Positions 19,504-42,073 of a DNA stretch of 64,000 nucleotides are shown here, piece after piece (positions within the stretch are counted from its first letter, which is position 1; each line of letters starts with the position of its first letter). The DNA lies in assembly GCA_963693365.1 (NCBI GenBank), contig CAVNZM010000004.1, positions 5,830,564 through 5,894,563 of the forward strand. The letters run 5' to 3'. Source of the DNA: Amoebidium appalachense. Its lineage: Eukaryota > Protista > Ichthyosporea. Position numbers and translations under genes: made by a program. The notes beneath the pieces were generated by a model, which was not told the DNA's origin, did not search any database, and saw nothing but the letters and a program-made list of their open reading frames with translations.

Positions 19504-22500
19504 CTCGTGTGTGGGGGGTTTGGGTGTCTGTGTGAGAGTGAGTGCATGTATGTTTGTGTGTGTGTGAGTGTGTGGGAGTGCCTGCATCAACGTTCTTGCT
19601 ATGCGTATGAGCGTGTAGTTGGCGGTCTCCTGTGTGTGTATGTGCTTCCTTTGATCACCTTGTGTGGGGCTGTGGGTGTCTGCACTGTGTTGCTCCTGCA
19701 CCAATATAAGCCTTTGATTATGGTCTGCTAGTGTGTGGCCTTGGGTGGTGGTGCTGGTCTGGTTGAGGGTGGCCAGCGGGGGGGTTGTTTAGGGAAGAGG
19801 AGGTAGGGTGGGCGGGGGGGGGAGGGGGGGGGGGGGGGGGGTGATAAGGTAGGGGGAGGGGGCTGGGGGGAGGGGGGGGGGGGGGGGTGATAAGGTAGGG
19901 GGAGGGGGCTGGGGGGAGGGGGGGGGGGGGGGGGCTTTGTGAAAGGTGGACACCGACAGCTGTGGGGGGGCGCAGAGCAAGGAGGCCAGCGAGGCACGGC
20001 TGCACTATCTGGCTGTGAGGGGCCACCTGCTGGCCCGCAGATACGGCCCCCCTGGGCCCAGGTGCTTGCACACGGGGGGAGGAGGGGGGAGGGGGGGGCT
20101 TGCCACCAGGGCTGACCGAAATTGGTGGATTGGGGTTGCAGGAAGGTCGACAGTGTGCGGCAGGTAGGCGGCAAGAGACCTGCTCTGGAGTTAGAGGGGG
20201 AAGGGGGGGGGGGGGGGGGGGGGGGCAAATTTGGCCTGCCAAAAAGGGGAAGGGGGGGAGGGGGGGGGGAGGGCAGGCACAGTCCGTCGTAGGGGAGAAG
20301 GAGGGGGAAGGGGGAGATGGAGGGGAGGGATGGACACTCAGACACTAAGCAGCCATGTGTTGGACTGTTGCCTGCTGGGGCCTGTGGGTGGCAGCAATGA
20401 TCATATTTTAACGGGTCTGTGGCCCCCTAGAGTCTGGAGATTGGCCGGCCCAGCATGGATGACCCGGCCAGTGGTGAGCCCCGCATGCATGCACGGCACA
20501 CGTGGGGGGGTGTGACATTGCACACACGGTGCTGTGTCTGCACATATGCAGATCAGACAGACACGGTGCTGACTGAAGTGCCCCCATGCACATGCAGCCA
20601 CTGACAGGGGGTACAGGTGGCAGCCACCAGCGACGCCCAGTGGCAGGGCAAAAGGGGGCAGTGAAGACGCAGCCGGCACAGGCAGGTGCGCAGCACGAAG
20701 GGTGGCGGGGGGGGGGGGGGGGGGACCAGGCGGATGCTGAATGGCAGGGCCACAGGGGGCAATGTGCAGTCACTGGCCGACCACTACTCGTTCTCGGGCA
20801 TGCACTGCCTGTTCGACCACCACAAGGCCCCAGGTACGTGCCTGCTGCCCAACCATACCCACCCCAGCTGACCATGCGGCCGCAGTGACCGATGTGAGGT
20901 TTGCCCCCAGTGACCCAGACCTGCTGGCATTTGGCTCCCTGGACGGCACCATTGTGAGTGCCATGCATGGCATGTATGGTGTGATGGGTGGCATGCATGG
21001 CATGTATGGTGTGATGGGTGGCATGCATGGCATGTATGGTGTGATGTGTTGCATGCATGGCATGTATGGTGTGATGTGTTGCATGCATGGCATGTATGGT
21101 GTGATGGGTGCTGGGCTATGCACTAACAGGGCTATCAGACCATTGCCCGGGTAGGAGCACGGCCGACTGTGCTACACATCCTGGAGGGTCACAAGGCCGG
21201 CATCACAGGTGTGCATGCTGGCCTAGGGGCTGGAGGGGACGGGCACGGGGGCTGATGGCAGGATGGTGCAGGGCTGGCGTGGGCCATCACCAACAGCATG
21301 CTGGTGTCTGTGTCTCTGGACCGCACCTTGCGTCTGTGGGACGTGCTGGGGGGCAACAGCATGAAGGCCGTGGACACAGCCATGGACCTGCTGGCCTGCG
21401 CCCTGTGCCCCACAAACAACAACATGCTGCTGGTATTATTGCATGCCCTGTGCCCCACAAACAACAACATGCTGCTGGTATTATTGCATGCCCTGTGCCC
21501 CACAAACAACAACATGCTGCTGGTATTATTGCATGCCCTGTGCCCCACAAACAACAACATGCTGCTGGTCCTGTGCCCCACAAACAACAACATGCTGCTG
21601 GTAGCTAATCCATGCTGCATGGCCATGCAGACACAATAGCATGTAGCTTGCTGCGTGCGGGCATGCAGCTTTAGAATGTAAACTCTTGTATGTGCAAGCA
21701 CATTGGCCACATTTACTCTGCACTGCACACACACATAGTGTGAATACATGTACTTTGCACTGCCTAAAGATGTTATTGTGGCGGGGACCACACGCCCCCA
21801 CACGCCACATGAGCACTGCTAGCAGCCTACAGTGCGCTTGCTGTGCAGCTCACATTTGGGCTGCAGGTAGGGACGGGCCAGGGCCAGCTGCACGTGTACA
21901 ACATCTCAGTGGGCAAGCAGGTGCCCGGCAACAGGGTTGCTGCTGCTGCCCCCATCAAGGCCCTGGTCTTTGACGACCCAGGCACTATGGTCTGGGCCGG
22001 CGATGCAAAGGTGTGTCCTCTCTCCTCCCCCCCCCCCAAGTGAAACAGTATCTGAGTTGGGTTTCGTTAACGAGGGGAATAGGTCGAAACTCGGGTACTG
22101 TGGATGACGTGGGCCCCCCCTGAGGATGGGCTCTGCTTATTATGCATACTCTTTATGTATGGCTTGCATTCTGCATCGTGTTATCCGTTTGTTCTTGTGT
22201 ACTTCGTACTTTTTGACGCATTCAAAACCCCCCCCGGCTTTCTGCATGGTGCTGACGTCATGGGCCAGGGCACGGTGCACAGCTTCAAATTTGACATGGC
22301 TGCTGGCCGGCTGACAGCGCTTGTGCGTGTGATTGTGGCCGAGGGCCATGCCATCACCTCCCTGGCCTACAGCACGGGCAGCGTGCTGGGCCCCAAGCAG
22401 GCCCCCCTGTTACTCCTCAACTGCAGAAACAACATCCTCTACCTGCTCAGGTGGGCACGCACACACACACACACACACACACCACCTTCTGCCTGCTCAG

Positions 22501-22504
22501 GTGG

Positions 22505-22541
<37 letters not shown>

Positions 22542-22815
22542 ACCCTCTGCCTGCTCAGGTGGGTACACAGACCATGCATGCACAGGGGGCTGACAGGCAC
22601 TGTGCAGTGTTGTGGATGCCAAGGGGGTGGTGCGCCAGAAGAGGGCGTACCCCGTCAAGCAGGCCAGCATGGATGTGCACAGCGCATTTGCCCCCCCAGC
22701 CAGCCACCCAGCATACCCCTGTGTTGGTAAGACTACGGCTTGGCCAAGGCCTTGTAGTAGTGGGTGGCCTGATGCTTGAGAAGAGTGGTTCCATGTTTTC
22801 CCTGCCCCCCCCCCC

Positions 22816-22847
<32 letters not shown>

Positions 22848-22888
22848 TTTGCTTGGGTGTTTGTGTGTGTGCGTTTTTTTTTTTTTTT

Positions 22889-22920
<32 letters not shown>

Positions 22921-24047
22921 GGGGGCGGACTTCTTGGTGGGGATCCGTAGGGGATGGTGGTGCTGTCAGGGATTGCCTGTGCATCTGCTGGGGTATGAGC
23001 TGTGGGGCTGCTGACTGGCTGGGGGCAGTGACGGGCAGTGAGGACGGTGTGGTCATGCTGCTGGACATAGCAGGTACGTGCTGGGCCAGTATGTGGGTAC
23101 GGACACATGGTGGCATGGGTTGGGCACATGCATGGGCGCACATGGCATGAGCACCATGCATGGGCACACATGGCATGAGCACCATGCATGGGCACACATG
23201 GCATGAGCACCATGCATGGGCACACATGGCATGAACACCATGCACGGGCACACATGGCATGAACACATGCATGGGCACACATGGCATGAGCACCATGCAT
23301 GGGTGCATGGCCTTGATAAAAGAGCACATCATGCACGGGCACACAAGGTAGCATGGGCTAAGCACATGTTCAAGCAAACTTGTAGCAATGACATTAATGG
23401 ACACTCAGGTGGCACGAACACATGCATGGGCACACCTGTGACATGGCCACAGTGGTACAGCACATAGCAGGGGCACACAGCGTGAAATATCGCTTACTGG
23501 CGCCACACTAGCTACTCTGTCCCTGTGTGTGCTTGAAATGCCCCCACGTGTGCCCAGGCATGATCCCCGTACCACATGTGTGCCCACACTGCATACATAC
23601 CCCTAGAGATGTGCACAGCCCACGCACCATTTGTGCGCATGCTTGCCCGTGCTCATGCCATGACGTATCAGCCATGCATGTGTTCGTGCCACCACGCATC
23701 ACTTGCATTGCCCATGCCGCTGTGGTGGCAATGCTGGCATGGCCACACATTCTCCCATGGGCATGCATGGGCACCCAGATATGCATGGGCACCCAGATAC
23801 CACTAAGATGGGGCCAAGAGAGGGTGTTAGCACGGGTGTCTCCATGCTGATGCTGACAGGTTGTGCAGGGCGGCGGCAGGCGCCACTCAGCAAGGTGGTA
23901 GTCAACCAGCTGCAGGGCCACTCTGCTGCCGTGCTGGCTGTGGCCTGGAACTGTGCTGAGACAATGCTGGTCAGTGCTGATGCCGGTGGCCACGTCATAT
24001 GCTGGCTGCGTACGGGAAGGACACTCAGGCCCCCACCAGCACGCTGA
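18861..24047 (+). CDS. WDR13: WD repeat-containing protein 13, ~15 exons
   Basis: N-terminus MEGLLEQVLDQDARF...LYMRRRGQLL resembles WDR13 QQVLAVDARY...YIRRRSQLL; YSFSGMHCLFDHHKAPVTDVRFA, LEGHKAGITGLAW, SVSLDRTLRLWD, VTGSEDG, VVNQLQGHSAAVLAVAWNCAETMLVSADAGGHVICW; stop at 24047. Confidence 0.92.
21400..21606 (+). repeat. Tandem duplication of a WDR13 exon end plus 5' splice site (45-bp unit)
   Basis: gccctgtgccccacaaacaacaacatgctgctg|gtattattgcat repeated; GT at 21433, 21478, 21523, 21568, 21601. Confidence 0.93.
22065..22235 (+). mobile_element. ~170-bp interspersed element, copy 1 (WDR13 intron), flanked by poly-C
   Basis: Identical to the reverse complement of 34346-34515; no TIR, no ORF. 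Confidence 0.85.
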
Positions 24048-24484
24048 TAGCACTTACATACAGTGGGTATGGGAATGTATGGGCATGCATGTGTGTCCGG
24101 CACACATGTTGCATGATGTTTATTCGGCTGCACATACATGTGTGTAAACACGTACAACGGCTAGCTGATCTTATGCATTGCCAATCAACAAAGACTACAC
24201 ACTACGTATGCAGTGACCTCCACACTACCGTATGCACAAGACCCCAATTACGTATGTAAACCCCACGATGTACGAAATACACCCCCAACGTATGAAATTA
24301 ACACTGCTTTGTACGATATAGAAGCCATGCTACGTATGAAATAAGCCTTGCTATTTGTGGAATCCACGCGATGACATACGAAACAACACATGTGCAATGT
24401 GCAATAAGCCCCACCGTGTGCCACAGGCCACCCCATGTGCAGCCAGCCATTCATGCCTATCAGGCGCCGTCAGCCTGTGTGAGG

Positions 24485-36201
<11,717 letters not shown>

Positions 36202-36780
36202 GCTGCCTGTGCCCTGTCTGCTCTGCCTCTCCCCGTGCCTGCGTGCACACGTACACCCTCCCTCCTGACCTCCCTGCCACTTAGCCTACGTTTGCCTGCA
36301 GCTGAACGCACCGCATGTGGTACACACGGACGTGCGCGCGGCACCGCAGCGCCGCACCAGGCCCTGTGGACCAGTGCCCAGTGGTGATGTGGGAGCCAAT
36401 CAGACTGCTTCCCGCGCTTTTTTTGTGATATCACAAAAACATGGGCTTGAAGCCTGAGCTGGGCCAGCGCTTATGCAAGCCAAGGTTGCAGCTTGAAAGT
36501 GTGACAATAGCGCGTAAACGTAGCACACTTTACATGCTTTTTTTATTGAGTAGGTGTGGATACAAACGGAGCAAGTGCTTACACGCATATACAGGCCAAC
36601 GTGGTTTGGATGGTAATGTGCTTTAGATGGGCAAAGGAGCAATTGCAAGTGACTGACCTCCGATTCAAAGGTCCAGATCCTCAGATCTGTAAAGACAAAG
36701 CCGGAAACTAAAAACTATACGCCTGTTAAATTATATAGTAGTAGGTAATACATCCCTTTTTTCCTGACACCTAAACACCT
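36202..36780. promoter_or_regulatory. Putative bidirectional promoter ValRS/POLN-like
   Basis: Repeat-free region between divergent genes with a CpG-rich patch (~36300-36420) and CCAATCA at 36396. Right boundary uncertain because the POLN 5' end is unresolved. Confidence 0.45.
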
Positions 36781-37212
36781 ATGCTGCCTGGCCTGGCTGC
36801 GACAGGCAATACCCTAAATTTCAAGATGAAGGCCAACTCGCCACCCCAACCATTCCTGTTCCACCAGCTCGAGAATGTAACCCCCTTCAAGGCAAGTACA
36901 TCATATAACTGTGGTTTAACCCACACCATGCTCTGTCATATGCCATACAGAGATTTAAAACAACAGCTACAGCCTGTATGCAGCTTAACAATCTCCTCCA
37001 ATCCTGCGTGTTTTTCTTGCTTCTACTTAACGGGTTATCATCAGTAAAATTGAACCTTCCTCACTTTCATCCTCGTTCAATTTTCCTTCGTAACGGCGTG
37101 TATCCAGCTTATTAAACGGACTCCACAAGTGAGGCAAGTTAGATTTTGTGAACCCTTGGACGCATTCAACCTTCTTCTTTCTACGACTTGATTTTTCCTC
37201 CCATCCGTGCAG

Positions 37213-38970
37213 ATGTCTATGCTTGGCAGTGTGCTTGACCACTGAAAGGGTGTTGTTGGACCCACAGCTTTCACAGCTCAGGCACCAACTGTCTCGGGCC
37301 AAGAGGCTTGCCTGCACGCTGGTGGCGTCTACACTGACCACCATGGACGAGACATATAAGGTGTGTTACAGTAGCATGTGGGTCATAAAGACATACAAAT
37401 TTGTGTGTAGCGTGTGGTTGCTGGGAACTTGCCAGGACTACGTGAGCCATGCATGCATGTGTGGGCCACCTGCTTGAAAATTGTGTGCCATACAGGGCTC
37501 CAAGGCACGTGAGAACAACCTTGCCCGGAGGAAGGACTCATGCCTTGTCGTCTTGATCTTCGACGAGAAGGAGCCAAAACCTACCCTTCTGCTGCTCCCT
37601 GACCTAGGGTATAGTGCATGAGGGATCTGGTTTGGGTGAAGTTTGACAGATAACAGACGCCTTTGTTTGCATGCCCATTTTATCGAGTGAGCAATAGACA
37701 ACTCACACCTCTGCCTGACCGCAGGGCTTATTTAAATACGTACCACGTGGACCAGCTATACGAATGTGGCATTGATGAGTATCACGTGATCATGAGGGGC
37801 TAACGGTCGTGGCTGCAGGGTGATGGGGGAGGCACTGTCACGTGCACTTTGCAGCCCCACCATGCAGCTGGTGGGCTATGACCTGCAGACCGTGCTAGTG
37901 TGGTTGAGGCGCCACTGGACCCAAGGCAAAGGTGTGTGCACACAACACGGGCATGGCTCCTTGGAGGGTAAATGTACACGTATGTGTATGTATGGTACTG
38001 TGGTGATGGTTTTGTTGGAGGAGAAAGGCAGGTTTGCATGGTTGTGGGTATAATGCTGGTGTGTGCTGCATGAAAATAGGGTAGGGAATGCATAGAGAAA
38101 AGGGATGTGGCGGGTAAGCGGCTGGATAACTGCCCCACTGATTGCAATGGGGCACCAGTAGGTACCCTGCAGGTCAGTGCAGGTAAAAAGTTTGCTGACA
38201 GGGAGGGCTGCAGAGCTGGAGGTCACGTGCTCGGTGTTTGACGTGCATGTTGCGGGCTGGCTGCTGGACTCTGATGCCGAGTTCTCCTACTGGAACTTCC
38301 TCAGCAACGCACAGTCAGATGCCATCTACCAGCGCATCCACGAGGCTGAAGGAGGTGCGTGCTTGATCTGCACGCATGCATCTTGCTTGGCACAACGAAG
38401 TATCTGTTGCTTTTGACGAATGGGTGTGCATGGCATCATTTTGCTGCACACTTTGGCCCCGTCAGGACTTTGAACGTGCTCACTGCCAGGCTGTCTACAG
38501 CTGATATTCCCACATGACAACATCCTCTCCACACTCCAACCTTTCCTTCTTGCTGGTCATCTATTAATCTTTATTTGGCTGATGGTTACGTTCTGCGCAC
38601 AGTTCCGTCCAAGCGGATGAGGCTCACTGTGGGCAGTAGTGCAGCCAGCGAGATCAGCAAACAGGTACCCAGCCCTCGCCTTTCCTTGCATGGTGAAAAC
38701 AGACTTCGAGGGGGAGCCCGGGGGGGGGGGGGGGGGGGGGGCACAGGGGGGAGGGGAGGGGAGGCAGGAGAAAGCCCGGGTTAACTCTTTCCCCTTGCTC
38801 CGTTTTTCTATTTTCTCCCTTCTTCTCTGCCGTCCACGTCACTCCTTTTCTTTTTCTATTTTCTATCTTTTTTTTTTTTTTGTGTGTAGTTGGGTGGGTG
38901 GGTGGTTTTTTTTTTTTGTTTTTTTTGGGTGCGTGTGTGGGCTGGGGAGGGGGGAGGGGGGGGGGGGGAG

Positions 38971-39004
<34 letters not shown>

Positions 39005-40895
39005 GGGAGCAGCCATCCCATCACCAGTACGTAGCTGTCTTGCCATACATGTCTACCGCGTAGCATAACATGATCCCTTGATGTCCACAAATCTGGACTC
39101 TCACAATCGCCATCACACTCACTCGGCCCACACACTCAAACGCACTCAGTGCCCACGTCCACAAACACATACAGACACACACACGCACACACACACTCAC
39201 CTGTGTGGATGCAATAGCTTACGCACGCACCCGCCTGCCGTGGTCCAGAAATGCAAATACACACAATGTGCATACTGTGCCGGTATGTGCTAGCCCGTTG
39301 CACACCCTGCACTGCTTCACGCTGTGTGCACGCACCTTACCTGACTGACTGCGGCCACAGATGATTGAGGCCGTGGCTGCGCTGCTGGAGAGTCTGCCCG
39401 AAACGGTGGCCAGGCTGGGCCAGTCCATCCAGGTGGGCTGTTAGGAACCTCAGCAGCCAGTGCTGGTGCCTCGGTGATTACCTTGTTGGTTGGCCTTATG
39501 GCCTTGGATCAGTCTTGCTTTCACAAAGCCATCTCTCTGTGTCTCGAGTCTATCCTCTCTTTCTCCCTCTCACCAAGCCGGCTATCTAAAGTTGTCTAGA
39601 TGTCCTAAGGGGAACAACATGTTCCGAGGGTAGGGAGAGGGGGGGGGGGGGGGGGGGGGTGCTTGTACTCTTGCTCTGCCATTGTTCTTCTTTCGAAAAT
39701 AGTTTCTAGGCCACCCTATGGTGGTTTAGTCCATTGTGTATTCCCGCATATTAATATTGGCCTGGCTGCCGTTTGACCTTCAGGAGCAGCGCCTGGGCAA
39801 GAGCTTTGGCCTGGAGATGCAGCTGGTGCCTGTGCTGGCTGGTAGGGCCCTGCCACCATAGAATGCCGCGCCCCTGCTTGCTGCGGCTTTCATCTAGATG
39901 GCACACGTTGTGTAGAGATTTTCCGGCACATAAGCGTCGTTGCATAACTTTGGCGCATTTTCGCCCCCAGTCATACATTTAAATTGCTCCACAACATTCA
40001 CCCAGTTCAACATCTCACATCTTCCTCGCATGTCGTGAAGGTGTACCCATCCTCCATTCGTTTCCGTGCATCTATATGTGCACTGCTATGATGCTTGGTG
40101 CGGTGGTTAGGTTTTGGCTTTGGTAGAGGTGATATCGGCAGTAAGTGGTTGTTTTAACACAACAAATGCCTGCACGGAGCAGCCTATTGGACGGTGTACC
40201 AACAAGAATTAGATTGGGGAGATGGGCTATGTTTGTGGTGTGTGCAGGGTGCGCCAATATGCATGCAGGCAGTAGGTGGGTGCAGTTTGTTGTGTGCTCA
40301 TGACTGTGTGCAGCCATGGAGGGCCACGGCATACCCGTAGACCAGAAGCGCCTGGCCAGCTACGAGGGGCTGCTGCAGGTGTGTGCATGTGTGCCTGTGT
40401 GCATGTGCCTGTGTGCATGTGCCTGTGTGCATGTGTGCATGTGCATGTGTGCATGTGCCTGTGTGCATGTGCCTGTGTGCATGTGCCTGTGTGCTGCTGC
40501 ACTGTCGGGGCCTGTGCCTGTGTACTTTGTGTGCCTGTGCCTGTGTACTTTGGGTGCCTGTGTGCTGCTGCAGGTGGCACCCAGCTGACACCCCCCCCCC
40601 CCCCCTAGGACTACCTTTGCCGGCTGGAGGCCAGGGCACATGCACTAGCCGGGCAGGAGTTTCTGGTCACATCCCCCCAGCAGCTCAGCACAGTCATCTA
40701 CGACAAGGTGTGTGCACTCGCATCCCCGACCCAAACGTGCTTAGGGATGTCTGTGACGTAGAGGGGTCAGAGCGACAGAGTGGGTGTGGAACATGTGTTG
40801 GGGCTAGCTATCTGCCCTTACGTAATGGATGCCTCATGCCTGTCTCTCCCTCCCTCTCAACTATTTAAGGAAGGGCCACTGGGGCTTAGAAGGGG

Positions 40896-40927
<32 letters not shown>

Positions 40928-41362
40928 ACTAAGTCGACATTTGGTGCAGCTGCAGCTGGGCAAGCACCTGGCCAAGATCTCGCTGACGGCAAAGAGCACC
41001 CACAGGTCCACTGCGGAGGCCGTGGTACGTGTCTGTGTGCACCTGTGTGCATGCGGATGTCATGTCGTGTGGGTGCCTGCAGTGCATGATGTGCATATGC
41101 GTGTGGGGGGCGTGGCAGGGGGAGGGCCCGGAGCTGGGGGGATGGGGAGAGGTACATAGGCCATGATGGTGTGCAACATGAGGTAGCCCAGCCATTAGAT
41201 ACGTACCCGTATTGAACCATCCGACGTCTCTTGCTGGGTATGAGCTCAAGCAGGTGTGTGTTCCATTACTACACTGACCCCCTCCCAATCCCCCCCTTCC
41301 CATACCTTCCTCCCCACCTTCCAACCGCCACCACACCATACACACGAGCGCGCGCACACACG

Positions 41363-41423
<61 letters not shown>

Positions 41424-41523
41424 ACACACACACACACACCAGCTCAAGAAACTAAGCAGCCACCATGAGCTGCCACGTGTTGTTCTCTACCACCGGCAGG
41501 TAAGCCCACACATGCTCCTGTGG

Positions 41524-41595
<72 letters not shown>

Positions 41596-41995
41596 GGGCG
41601 TGTGTGTGCGTGTGTGTGTGTGTGTGTGTTTGTGTGTAAGGAGGAGAGCGGAAGGGGGAGAGGGAGGGGTTGGGCTGATGGGATAGCTGACACGGACTTT
41701 AGGCCGTCAAGATCAAAGCCTTTGCAAAGGACTATCTAGCCCAGATCGATCCGGAAGACGTACGTGCATGCCCTAGTACCTACCCCATGCTGACATAAGC
41801 ACAGATACACATGCCCACATAACAGGCACTGCCATGACAAAACAGCACACATACCCGGACTGTTACTCATACCCACACAACGCAAACACGTGCATGCATA
41901 TTACCACGTGCACACCACCCATGAACATGCGCACACGGATATACAGGCATGCATGCATTCACATGCACACATGCGCGCGCGCACACACACGCACG

Positions 41996-42073
<78 letters not shown>

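Noticed and set aside
36441-37212. Candidate 5' exons of the POLN-like gene, including a possible AG|GCAAGT donor near 36891
   Set aside because: Could not join them into one open frame with confidence; left unresolved.
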